A stretch of 62,864 nt of DNA from a virus (taxonomy: Duplodnaviria > Caudoviricetes), in IMG/VR virus record IMGVR_UViG_3300032241_001240, positions 1 through 62,864 of that record. One strand, given 5' to 3'. The notes below the pieces were generated by a model. It was not told where the DNA came from. It worked only from the letters and a program-made list of their open reading frames with translations, and searched no databases. Below, piece by piece: positions 10,650-20,013 of the stretch (its first letter is position 1; each line of letters begins with the position of its first letter). The position numbers and the translations under genes are program-made.

Positions 10650-10679
10650 TAAGAAAGGCGCATTTCTGCGCCTTTCTTA
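10650..10679 (-). terminator. Intrinsic terminator-like hairpin
   Basis: taagaaaggcgca-tttc-tgcgcctttctta, just downstream of the 10704-11510 gene. Confidence 0.75.
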
Positions 10680-10703
10680 TTAATATACCATTTAACCCAC
10701 GTA

Positions 10704-11510
10704 TTACGGAGTAGGTAGTGCGTTTTGATTTGGTACGTTTGGCGAACCAGCGGCTGCCAATGTAGCAACGTATGCAACTGTATTTAGATAGGTTGTATCT
10801 GCCTGATTTGTTACAAAATAATTTGGATACAAACTTACAGTCTGATTGCTCAGTGATGTTACAGATCCGCTTGCAGGTGTAAGAACACCTGAGGAATTGT
10901 AAATAACCTGACTTGTTGCATTGTCATAAACGTTTACTCCAGACGAGCTAGCTGCACCAATTGCATCAAGTAATTGATAACCAGTTGTATTGCTATCCCA
11001 ATTTGGGCTATCGTATGTCGATCCGCTTACATACCAATACTGTGTACGTTCAGTAATAAACTTAACATAATATACAGTCTGGCTACTGCTATAAAGTGAA
11101 CCAAAATTGCTGCTATAACTATAGTTGGTTGTTTGGCCAAGCTGTGTTGCTGTTAAGGCAACAGCACTTGGGTTACTTGACGTTGCATAGTTGACGCTAA
11201 CTGCAACAGGATTTACATTCTGTGCAAAAAGCTGTGTAAGCAGGTTTAGGTTGTACTGCTGAGTAAAAGCAGTCTGATACGCTGCTGCTGTATTATAAGT
11301 CTGTGCAGTTCCTGTTCCGTCAATAACGGTTACAGGCTGCCAGGTGCTGTAACCTTGCTGAGTATAAAGCAAATTGATCGGGGTATCAACGTTGGTCTGG
11401 AAGCATGGTACCAAAGTAGCAATGGTGAAAAAATCCATACTACCTGTGAGGAAGTTACCTCCAAGAGCTCCACCGTTAACTTTGTTAGATGTGCCTGTAT
11501 TGTAGGCCAT
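10704..11510 (-). CDS. Putative abundant virion structural protein (capsid decoration/fibre-like)
   Basis: Has its own TAAATA promoter, strong AAGGAG SD and terminator. Very low charge, T/S/N/Y-rich, N-terminal KVNGG. Confidence 0.7.
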   Translation of the reverse strand: MAYNTGTSNKVNGGALGGNFLTGSMDFFTIATLVPCFQTNVDTPINLLYTQQGYSTWQPVTVIDGTGTAQTYNTAAAYQTAFTQQYNLNLLTQLFAQNVNPVAVSVNYATSSNPSAVALTATQLGQTTNYSYSSNFGSLYSSSQTVYYVKFITERTQYWYVSGSTYDSPNWDSNTTGYQLLDAIGAASSSGVNVYDNATSQVIYNSSGVLTPASGSVTSLSNQTVSLYPNYFVTNQADTTYLNTVAYVATLAAAGSPNVPNQNALPTP

Positions 11511-11572
11511 AGTGTGTTCTCCTTAATAAAGTGCAAACTTTGTTTTGCGAGTTATTTATTCCAAAATGTTTT

Positions 11573-11770
11573 TTAGCTGCGTTTAGCCTTTTTCTTTTTA
11601 ATTTTTGATTGTTTTGGGGGTAAAGTGCCAGCAGGACCGAAAAAGCTTTGACCAGCAGGCATCCTACGTATGACCGGCATCATAGGACCGCCAGCCCCGG
11701 GGATGCTTGCAATGCTACCGGCAGATGTACTTCCACCAGAAGCATATTCTAATAATTCTCGAATTTTCAT
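11573..11770 (-). CDS. Small putative head-internal protein
   Basis: MKIRELLE leader followed by ASGGSTSAGSIA; basic C-terminus. Confidence 0.65.
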   Translation of the reverse strand: MKIRELLEYASGGSTSAGSIASIPGAGGPMMPVIRRMPAGQSFFGPAGTLPPKQSKIKKKKAKRS

Positions 11771-13563
11771 ATTAATATTATCCTTTTGGTTTTGTTTTCT
11801 CTAATAGCACGCCGATAACCTAGGTGAGCCCAGCTTATGTGGTATTCTTTTAACATTTTATCGATTTTGTTAAATGTTGATTCTTTCATTTCGGTAACTT
11901 TTGGTGCGGTACTTATCAAAGTTACAAGAGATTTCTTTTGTTTGTCATCTAATTCTTTAGAGTTGTTTATATCAAACTTTATAGAGTTTTTGGCTCTTTG
12001 AGATATCTGGCCTTGCGTCTTGATAATTTCTTTGGCGCTATCAAAATCGCCAGCATCTAACGCTTTAGACATTTTTATAATAAATGTATTTTCATCGTCT
12101 GGTGCAGATTGTGACACCGAGTTATCTGAAGTTTCTGGTTCAATTTTTTTCTCAAGCTCGGGAAGTTTTTCTTTCCAAAAATCATCAAATGCTTTTTCGC
12201 CTTTTCTTTTAAATATTTCTTTAGCTTCTGAATCTAAAGATTCAATGCCACTAACAAACGGAACCTCTATATTATCGTCAGATTCGCCGCTAGCTAAACC
12301 TTTCATTGTTGCATCAACATCTTCTGGAGATAAACCGGCTTTGGTCATAAGATCGCGAATATCTTCGTCAGACATGCCTAAATTGGCCATCATTTCCGCA
12401 ACATCGACACTATCAGTTGGCCTGCCAGCTTGATTCCAAATCTTCATTAATTTGCCGGCACCAAATTGTAATGTTAAGTCACTCCATAATCCTTCCATAA
12501 CCGCTTGAGGTAATCGTTGAGTTTCTGCAGTTGATTTACGACCATTGACTTCTCCAGCAGCACTTCCGAGACCTTCGGCAGCCGCTCTAACAACAGTACC
12601 GATATGTTGCACACTGTCTACAAATGCTTGTTGTTCAATTTCGTTAGCAACCGCTTTTCCTGCTGCTTCATTAAGTTGATCAATGTAATCGGCACTCTGT
12701 AAATGCTGACTGAATTTTAATAATTCTTGATAAGCGGTGCCAATTTTTGTTGGATCGCCAAAGTCAGTTACCAATTGTTTTAGATGTTGATAATCTTTTG
12801 CGTCGGTCATTACATCTGGCAAATGAAATTCTGATGCAACTCCGTGTATGTTCTGACTTGCATTTATTGATACATGAACTACATCCGGAGCAACGGTATT
12901 ACCTGTTACATTCAATCCTTGGGCCCACCCTACAATAGACCCAACAATGTGACCAGCTAAATATCCAAAAGCGGCTGTTTTAATACCTTTACCTAATGCT
13001 GTGCTTAATTTTTCTCCTTTAAGCAATTCTGCACCGCCTTTAAGAAGAAACCCTACAATAGGTACACTAGCTGGGCCAAGCAACAAGCTTGAAGCAGCAA
13101 CAATAATACCGATAATAGCCGATTGCCAAACAGGGTGAGCTTTAGCTGAATTACCTAATTGATCTACAAAATTTAATATTTGTTGACCTTTTTCAGTTTG
13201 TCCAAGTTTCGACTTTATATTTCCTTTTAATTGTTCAAATTTTTGATCAAATCCTTTAACAGGGGTAGAATTTTGTAATGATGTACCAAATTTATTTAAA
13301 ACACCGTTAACCTTGACCAATGCATCTTTTGGTAAACTAACAGACTTACCAAAATTTGTTTTAAGGCCTTTTTCTTTACTGAGATTCTCAGCATTTTTAA
13401 ACAGTTGTTCGATTTGATCGTTTGAAAGCTCTGCCTCTGTTATAATTCTAATATTTCGCAGTAAAGGCATGGTATCTAATTCAATGCTTTCAAATAAAAA
13501 TTTGTTAGCTGGGGTCAAGTCTTCCCATCCATATTGCTTGTATGCCCATTGATGCTTTTTCAT
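11767..13563 (-). CDS. Putative ejection/internal protein with hydrophobic helices
   Basis: LFES, ITEA, VMEG and VTEM sites; hydrophobic segments WQSAIIGIIVAASSLLLGPASVPIVGFLL and AAFGYLAGHIVGSIVGWA. Confidence 0.7.
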   Translation of the reverse strand: MKKHQWAYKQYGWEDLTPANKFLFESIELDTMPLLRNIRIITEAELSNDQIEQLFKNAENLSKEKGLKTNFGKSVSLPKDALVKVNGVLNKFGTSLQNSTPVKGFDQKFEQLKGNIKSKLGQTEKGQQILNFVDQLGNSAKAHPVWQSAIIGIIVAASSLLLGPASVPIVGFLLKGGAELLKGEKLSTALGKGIKTAAFGYLAGHIVGSIVGWAQGLNVTGNTVAPDVVHVSINASQNIHGVASEFHLPDVMTDAKDYQHLKQLVTDFGDPTKIGTAYQELLKFSQHLQSADYIDQLNEAAGKAVANEIEQQAFVDSVQHIGTVVRAAAEGLGSAAGEVNGRKSTAETQRLPQAVMEGLWSDLTLQFGAGKLMKIWNQAGRPTDSVDVAEMMANLGMSDEDIRDLMTKAGLSPEDVDATMKGLASGESDDNIEVPFVSGIESLDSEAKEIFKRKGEKAFDDFWKEKLPELEKKIEPETSDNSVSQSAPDDENTFIIKMSKALDAGDFDSAKEIIKTQGQISQRAKNSIKFDINNSKELDDKQKKSLVTLISTAPKVTEMKESTFNKIDKMLKEYHISWAHLGYRRAIRENKTKRIILI

Positions 13564-14255
13564 TACACAACTCCCTCCTTGCTAGCCAAATAAGTTTTTA
13601 TTTTATCAACAGCTTGCTTGATTTGTTCTGGATTTTCACTAGGTCCGGAACCTGTTGTGGGAGATTTCTCAGGTTCTGCTGTTTTGGTAGCTGCTGTAGG
13701 TGTAGGTGTTTGACTTTGGGGCTGTTTTTCGTTATCGGCAGCAGCGCTTTGTTCAATATAAGATAAACCGTCAATAACGGCAGTTGCAATAGCTTTTGAT
13801 AGATATTGTCTAGTTTGTTTGTCAATTGTTGCTGATATAAACCCAGTGTTGTTTTTAATTGTTGCACCGCTTAATGGGAGTGTAGGTTTTACAGTGTCAG
13901 CTGGTAATGTACGAAATAGTTGTTTGAGATTATTAGTGACTATCGGATTTTTAAGAGCTCTGTCTATGTCATTATCTGTAAATCCACTATGTTTTGCAAA
14001 GTCGTATAAATTTTTATACGAAAGTTTTGCCCACATCCAATCTTTGTTTGATTTTTGAGTTTGTTGTGGTACCGTAGCAGAATATTTAGATCGCAATTGA
14101 CTTGCGAGTTGTGCCGTTAATTCTTGGCCGCGTTGCTTAACGGGGTTTCCTAAACTTTGTACCCAATTTTTAATACTGTCTAATATACCTTCGTGTATGA
14201 TAGAATAACGATCTCCTACAAGATCGAGATAATGACGCATTTCATCAGTACTCAT
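13563..14255 (-). CDS. Putative head-internal protein
   Basis: MSTDEMRHYLDLV...IIHEGILDSIK leader. Confidence 0.65.
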   Translation of the reverse strand: MSTDEMRHYLDLVGDRYSIIHEGILDSIKNWVQSLGNPVKQRGQELTAQLASQLRSKYSATVPQQTQKSNKDWMWAKLSYKNLYDFAKHSGFTDNDIDRALKNPIVTNNLKQLFRTLPADTVKPTLPLSGATIKNNTGFISATIDKQTRQYLSKAIATAVIDGLSYIEQSAAADNEKQPQSQTPTPTAATKTAEPEKSPTTGSGPSENPEQIKQAVDKIKTYLASKEGVV

Positions 14256-14497
14256 CGGTCTTTCCTAATCTCTTTTATTTTTCTGGTAAATTTACGATCA
14301 TCTTCGCTCATAATACTACGATATAGCCTCTTGACAAGATCATCTGCTTGTTCAGTTGGATAGCTCTCTCTAATAAGATGCACTAGATTGACAGCACTAG
14401 CTATAAGGTGAGTAGCACGGCTTTCAATAACAGTGTGCTTGTTTTTTGCCGGTATAATAGCATCAAGCTCATCTATGAAATTTTTAATCGAATCCAC
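14252..14497 (-). CDS. Hypothetical protein
   Basis: GTG start after AGGAAGG; first gene downstream of a TAAATA promoter. Confidence 0.7.
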   Translation of the reverse strand: MDSIKNFIDELDAIIPAKNKHTVIESRATHLIASAVNLVHLIRESYPTEQADDLVKRLYRSIMSEDDRKFTRKIKEIRKDR

Positions 14498-14521
14498 AGT
14501 ACCTTCCTAATTAATCGTGAG

Positions 14522-14556
14522 GTATTTATGCATTGATACACCAAATGCATAAATAC
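14522..14556. promoter_or_regulatory. Back-to-back TAAATA late promoters forming a 13-bp inverted repeat
   Basis: gtatttatgcatt (14522-14534) and aatgcataaatac (14544-14556) between divergent genes. Confidence 0.7.
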
Positions 14557-14578
14557 TTGGTTACTTCGGAGTATAACA

Positions 14579-15319
14579 ATGAGTCAATATACCGCAGCAG
14601 ATTTTAGAATCCTCGCTAATAAACTAAACGAATACACGTTCAATGAGGACGCCGATGACGATTCTGCTCCACAAGGCGATAATCAACCCATTGATAAAAT
14701 GTTAACCAAACCTGCTGGCATTCAGAAAATAACAGGAAGCTTAGACGTTGACGCACTTGTTAACAAGTTGAATATACCATCTAATCTTCAAAATGATTTT
14801 AAAAGTGCAGTCAGTTCTCTGCAGGACGATAACCCAACATTGAATGCTAACCAGGCAATGGCACTTGCTACAGCATTTGATCACATCCTTGCAGATAATT
14901 CTGCCGAAAAAAACTCTGTGGTATCTGACCTAAACAATGTATCAGCTGCAGAAGTAACAGAAGGTGATGACGATATTGATAATAGAAATATCAATATCGA
15001 ATCTGTAATTAAATCTATTAAATCAGCAAGCAACGTTAGTCCGGTAGCTAAATTACAGGCAGTTAAACTGGTTGATCATCTTACAAAAGGCGTTCATGGT
15101 AAACACAAAAATGGCGGTATCAGCCATGTACTGTCTGGTATAGTTACTGCAATTACCTCGGCTCAGCAAGGCAACGAAAGTGATGCGTTAAAACATATCG
15201 CATCAATGGTCAATCATACCGAAGGCGACAAACATGCTATCGACAGCAAAGAATTCCCTAATATAGTTGTTACATTGATGCTTTTAGTTGGTGATTTGTT
15301 ACAGCACACAGAAGAATAA
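14579..15319 (+). CDS. Putative head-internal protein
   Basis: GGAG SD; leader ...FRILANKLNEY; FNED and VTEG sites. Confidence 0.7.
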   Translation: MSQYTAADFRILANKLNEYTFNEDADDDSAPQGDNQPIDKMLTKPAGIQKITGSLDVDALVNKLNIPSNLQNDFKSAVSSLQDDNPTLNANQAMALATAFDHILADNSAEKNSVVSDLNNVSAAEVTEGDDDIDNRNINIESVIKSIKSASNVSPVAKLQAVKLVDHLTKGVHGKHKNGGISHVLSGIVTAITSAQQGNESDALKHIASMVNHTEGDKHAIDSKEFPNIVVTLMLLVGDLLQHTEE

Positions 15320-16732
15320 TTAACGTCTAACCAGTGATGTTAACGCACTGAGATCTTTGATACTTTTATTCTGATCTAATACTTTTGTTTCTGTTTCAGC
15401 TTTCTTTGCTGCTGCGGTATTCTTCCTGCGTAAATCTGCAAATACATCAGCGGTAGTACCCACATTCGATATCATAGATTGTCCGTCGCCATCTCCATCA
15501 AATATACGCAATGTGTTTGGGTCAAATCCTAGATTAACTTTGCTACCAACACCACTCGACGAGCGTGTTTTCAAAAACTGTACCTGATATTGACCACGTT
15601 CCTTCATCGCAGCACTGGCAAAAATAGATATAACGTTGTCAGCTGTTTGAATTTTTGAAATCCCTCCTGAAATATGACTGTGATCATGTTCTTGCTCTTG
15701 AACAGCAGACCTGTTTAATTGTGCGGCGGTCATACCTAATAACTGCCGATCAACCATCAAACCTCGCAATTCTTCTGTGACAAATTTGTCTTTAACAAAT
15801 AAGTTGCTAGGATCAATTTTCTTGTTATTTGGGAATAACAAATCTAAATAATCAACAACCAATGCATCTGGCCGTTTACCTGTTTCAATTTCATATGTTT
15901 TGAGATATGCTTTGATATCGTTACATGTACTACCTTGCGGCATCTGTTTAATATGCAAACTACCACTTTTATGACTTGCTTGTTTAACACGTATTTCAAC
16001 TTCGTCAATTTTGCGAAAAATTTCTTTAGTCGATACCTCACTGATCATACTGTCCATACGCATTGAACATAATTCTTCGCTTAATTCTAGAGATATGTAG
16101 ATTACGTTCAAACCCTGTTTGATAAAATTTATTGCTAAATTTTGCAAAAACACACTTTTACCTGTGCCGCTTGCGCCGCACCATATAGTAATTTCGCCTC
16201 GATTAACTCCGCCGTATAATTTATCATCTACATCTTTCCAGCCTGTGCTAATTTGACCGTTGTTATTTTTGATTCTCATTAATCTAGCACGAGGGTCTTC
16301 AAAATAATTGGTACCAATATCGCTTTGTAGGCTAATCAGAATAGCGTCTCTAACTAATTTTTCTACCTCACTATAATTACCTTTTTCAATTAAATCTACG
16401 GCATTTAGAACGGCATCTGCTAAAGCACGATTTTTACAAAATTCTTCTATTTCATCTAAAAACGCATCTTGATGCTGTATCGTGATATTTTCAATTCTAG
16501 AGAAATTTATTCCGGTCTCTGCTGTTACCTGCTCAAATTTTGGCAAGACCCTGTATTTCTCAGCATGAGACATGATGTATCTCACAGCAGGTCTAAATTT
16601 ATTAATGAAGTATTTTGCATTGATAATATTCTGACATTGTGCAAAAATTTCTTCGCTGCTCAACAGCACGTCTATCAAAAGTTTTTGCTTATCTTCGGTA
16701 TATTCTTTAATTTCGGCCGGCTCTTTTGTCAT
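15320..16732 (-). CDS. DnaB-like replicative helicase (T4 gp41-like)
   Basis: Walker A GASGTGKS, ISLELSE, VVDYLDL, AAQLNRS, SKIQTAD, LKTRSS. Confidence 0.95.
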   Translation of the reverse strand: MTKEPAEIKEYTEDKQKLLIDVLLSSEEIFAQCQNIINAKYFINKFRPAVRYIMSHAEKYRVLPKFEQVTAETGINFSRIENITIQHQDAFLDEIEEFCKNRALADAVLNAVDLIEKGNYSEVEKLVRDAILISLQSDIGTNYFEDPRARLMRIKNNNGQISTGWKDVDDKLYGGVNRGEITIWCGASGTGKSVFLQNLAINFIKQGLNVIYISLELSEELCSMRMDSMISEVSTKEIFRKIDEVEIRVKQASHKSGSLHIKQMPQGSTCNDIKAYLKTYEIETGKRPDALVVDYLDLLFPNNKKIDPSNLFVKDKFVTEELRGLMVDRQLLGMTAAQLNRSAVQEQEHDHSHISGGISKIQTADNVISIFASAAMKERGQYQVQFLKTRSSSGVGSKVNLGFDPNTLRIFDGDGDGQSMISNVGTTADVFADLRRKNTAAAKKAETETKVLDQNKSIKDLSALTSLVRR

Positions 16733-16733
16733 C

Positions 16734-17756
16734 TTATCCTCTAATCATCTGTCGTTTCATACCAATTTGCAATTTACTATCAGTTTTTGATTGTATAATA
16801 CTATATAAGGTATATAGTTTTCCGTATTTTTTGCTAGCATCTGCTGCATCTTTAATACCTTCTTCCCATTCTGGAAAACTTACTGACCATCCTTGATCTA
16901 ATGCTACATCAATTAACTCTTGATTCTTTAATTGTCTATCTGGTACAATTATTTTTTCTTGTTCGCTAGAATTTAGCCATTCGATTTGCTGTTTGTTCAT
17001 TTTACTACCTAACGTAGCAACACCATCTACTGCAATAGCATCGAACGGTCCTTCTGATACTAGAACATACTTTCTAAATTTATTGGTTAATATTTTATTG
17101 TTGAACAGATAGCCCGTCGGTAGATCACTGTTGAAATATCTAGGTATATTTTTTGGAGGTACACCTGCATATCGACCAGTCCATCCTATTATTTTATTTT
17201 GATGATAAAATGGTATAATAATTCTGCAATTGAGATCCCAACGGTGGTTAGGTGTCCAGTGATACTGGTATCCTTCTGCAACGGCTCTACCTCTGGTTGT
17301 TAAATATTCTACACAAGCAGCAAATTCATCAGGAATTTCGTCTGCTTGCAACCATTCGTCAAATGAGTTGGTATATCTAGGTAGTTCTACTTCTGAAAAA
17401 TTCTCGGCTCGAAACCAGTTGCTGTTATCAATATTTTCTAATTCGCCGTTAAGTTTTTTGCTGAGTATCTCTAGTTTAGCTTCCTGAATTCGCGTGCGAG
17501 GTATTCCTAGATAAGTTAACCACAGCTCAAAATTGTTGGTTATATCGCCTCCTCGATAACCTGTTTTGAATCCACAATTATAACAATTAACAATTATAGC
17601 ACCATCTGCTGTTATCAATAAATTTCCACGAGAGCGTGTATCGTGATTATGGCCTCGATGATGACAGCAAACCGAATCGAATATCCACCAACCTTTAGGA
17701 TTTTGACGACGCTTAGACGGCAAATATTCTTGAACCAATTGATGTAATAACAGCAT
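16734..17756 (-). CDS. DNA primase (T4 gp61-like; Zn finger plus TOPRIM)
   Basis: CCHH...CYNCG, RIIIPF, GWTGR, VSEGPFDA, KDAADA; adjacent to the helicase. Confidence 0.85.
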   Translation of the reverse strand: MLLLHQLVQEYLPSKRRQNPKGWWIFDSVCCHHRGHNHDTRSRGNLLITADGAIIVNCYNCGFKTGYRGGDITNNFELWLTYLGIPRTRIQEAKLEILSKKLNGELENIDNSNWFRAENFSEVELPRYTNSFDEWLQADEIPDEFAACVEYLTTRGRAVAEGYQYHWTPNHRWDLNCRIIIPFYHQNKIIGWTGRYAGVPPKNIPRYFNSDLPTGYLFNNKILTNKFRKYVLVSEGPFDAIAVDGVATLGSKMNKQQIEWLNSSEQEKIIVPDRQLKNQELIDVALDQGWSVSFPEWEEGIKDAADASKKYGKLYTLYSIIQSKTDSKLQIGMKRQMIRG

Positions 17757-17798
17757 ATTAATGATCAGTTTAATGCTGATAACATTGATCGCACAATA

Positions 17799-18962
17799 TT
17801 AATTTTTATAGAGTATTCCTGAGAAATATCCGTGATTGCAACGAGGAAAAGTTGGTATACCAGGCTGTTGAGGATAAGGGATCGGCGCAGGTGGCGGCGG
17901 ATATGGACTCGGCGGCGGCGGATATGGAGCAGGAGGATACGGCGGCGGCGGAACACATGGTATAGGCGGCCATCCCGGCTGTGGATTTGGACCGCATGTC
18001 CATGGTCCAGACAATGGTTTAAATGCACGGTTATTTTTACTGCTGCACGGAAATGGTAAAGGTCCGCAGGGTATTGGACCGCACGAAGGGTATACAGGTG
18101 TGCATTGATAATATTGATCGCATTGGCTGCATTGTCGATACATTGGATTTTCAAAAACAGCTCTGACCCAATAATAATTGCCAGTAAAATTAAAGGCTTT
18201 TATTGTAGGACTATTATACGGAGGTATGTACTGAAAATAATCAGTTCCATTTCCTATAGGAATATTCGACCAATCAACTGCTGTCGGCGGACTAAGAGTC
18301 AAACTAACTTGAATCCAAAGCTTCCCAGCATATCCGTTGCCTGTATATGCTACTATAGTATGCATGCCATTACTACGTTCAGATTGAGCATCACCGGCCA
18401 ATGCTCCGCTAGCAAAAACATATTGATTAGTTAAGTCATCTATGGTTTCTGGAGTGAATTGGTATGCTGGCACATTAATAGCAGGAACAAGTGATGTACT
18501 CATACCTTCTATTAGTTCAAAATTACCATAGGTGCTGCGATTGATATCAGTGTAAAGAAATGTTTGAGCACCAGTTACATCTGTCAATCTAATTGTATAT
18601 CGGTAATATCCGCCGAGCCAATGCCCTATCTCGAGGTCAGTTAGTGTTAACCTGCAAGTTCCTGCTGTATCTTGCAGTGTTTGAACAGGTTGTATCAATA
18701 ATAATTCTGCAAGCGGCGAATACCCGTTACCGGAAACAGTTGTTACGCTTTCTACTCGTTGTATAAGAGCGTCAATTTGATAACCAACAAGATTAACTGG
18801 TTTTCGATCATTATTCCGTACCACGAAATCTATGTTGTTTGTTGCGCCCTTGTAGACTTTGGTATCATATTGTATCATTGGTCCATTTATGTTAGGAGCA
18901 TTGCCATTGGTGAACCAGAGTTGAACGTACTCTTTGAATTGAAACAAAACTTGGTCTACCAT
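17799..18962 (-). CDS. Putative virion protein (Ig/BppU-like N-terminus) with Pro/Cys-rich insertion
   Basis: VYKGATNNIDFVVRNNDRKPVNL N-domain; near the C-terminus PPPPYPPAPYPPPPSPYPPPPAPIPYP and multiple Cys; TAAATA upstream. Confidence 0.75.
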   Translation of the reverse strand: MVDQVLFQFKEYVQLWFTNGNAPNINGPMIQYDTKVYKGATNNIDFVVRNNDRKPVNLVGYQIDALIQRVESVTTVSGNGYSPLAELLLIQPVQTLQDTAGTCRLTLTDLEIGHWLGGYYRYTIRLTDVTGAQTFLYTDINRSTYGNFELIEGMSTSLVPAINVPAYQFTPETIDDLTNQYVFASGALAGDAQSERSNGMHTIVAYTGNGYAGKLWIQVSLTLSPPTAVDWSNIPIGNGTDYFQYIPPYNSPTIKAFNFTGNYYWVRAVFENPMYRQCSQCDQYYQCTPVYPSCGPIPCGPLPFPCSSKNNRAFKPLSGPWTCGPNPQPGWPPIPCVPPPPYPPAPYPPPPSPYPPPPAPIPYPQQPGIPTFPRCNHGYFSGILYKN

Positions 18963-19107
18963 CTGTTGCCATCTGCCTCTCTTACAAGTATTTATGGTTA
19001 ATAGATAATAAACTCGAGCAAGTTTCGATAAGACTTATAATATTTTATCTATTTCGATTTCAGCTGTAGATTTTGAATATAAATACCATATAACCAAATT
19101 AGCAATT

Positions 19108-19485
19108 ATGACACCAGAAACACATAAACTACTACAGGAAAAATTTCCATTCCTGACTATCATAACATATCTCAATGCAGAATATATAGGTATTATGCAA
19201 AATGCTGACAATCAATTTGTCAGCATTTACATATTAGAGCCTACATTGCCTCAGCGTGTCAAAAAAGATTTTCTTTCGTGCGGTGAGACATGGTGGTGGG
19301 AAAGTAACAGAACTATACCAATCAATCTATTTCTTCGTGAAAGATTTAAACCATTCAAAAAATACCTAAAAACTTTTGCTAAGAAAGAGGTTACTATTAT
19401 TGAAGGTCCAACTGTTAATGTAATGGACCTTATCAACAAAAAATTGAAACGTCGTACCATACAACTTGTTAAGAATATGAATTAA
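19108..19485 (+). CDS. Hypothetical protein (WWWESNRTIPINLFL)
   Basis: Divergent ORF preceded by TATAAATA at ~19078. Confidence 0.75.
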   Translation: MTPETHKLLQEKFPFLTIITYLNAEYIGIMQNADNQFVSIYILEPTLPQRVKKDFLSCGETWWWESNRTIPINLFLRERFKPFKKYLKTFAKKEVTIIEGPTVNVMDLINKKLKRRTIQLVKNMN

Positions 19486-19976
19486 CAATCTAAAGTTGTT
19501 ACAGATATCTTACCAACTAACCTTCCATCTTTTGTAATCGTGAGTTTGGTTGGTTTACGTGTAAACTCCTTTTGTGCGTCTTTTTCTTGTGCATCGCTCC
19601 ATTTTTGCCATTTTTCTACGTTAGCCCATGCAAATATTGCAGCATCGTCTTTGTTTTCAAAACGAATTAATCCAACTACCATATCTTCAGTATTTTTATT
19701 ATCATCGTTCGAGCTGCTGCGGTAAGCTTTGGCTTTGATAGAAAATTTACCATCAATCCTATCCAAAGTTTTAAGCATTTCTGCCCAATCTTCGGATTTA
19801 ATATTTGGACTTCTAAACAGGTAACCACCAGTCATTCTAGATTTGTTGTTACTTAGTGGATCTGTTTCTAGTCCTGTGACAAGACAAACTTCGTATGAAC
19901 CGTCTTTAGCAAAAAGATTGACCGACGTCCCCAGACTATTTGTCTTGCTAGCAAGGTGAAGAATTTTAGTTTTCAT
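19482..19976 (-). CDS. Hypothetical protein
   Basis: AGGAG SD; complete ORF. Confidence 0.7.
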   Translation of the reverse strand: MKTKILHLASKTNSLGTSVNLFAKDGSYEVCLVTGLETDPLSNNKSRMTGGYLFRSPNIKSEDWAEMLKTLDRIDGKFSIKAKAYRSSSNDDNKNTEDMVVGLIRFENKDDAAIFAWANVEKWQKWSDAQEKDAQKEFTRKPTKLTITKDGRLVGKISVTTLDC

Positions 19977-20013
19977 ATTGAACTCCTACACTATTTTAAA
20001 CAAATATAGAGTC

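Noticed and set aside
17765-18154. Arg-rich and Ala-rich alternative ORFs (17765-18154, 17806-18003, 17832-18059)
   Set aside because: Frame shadows of the CCG-rich polyproline segment.
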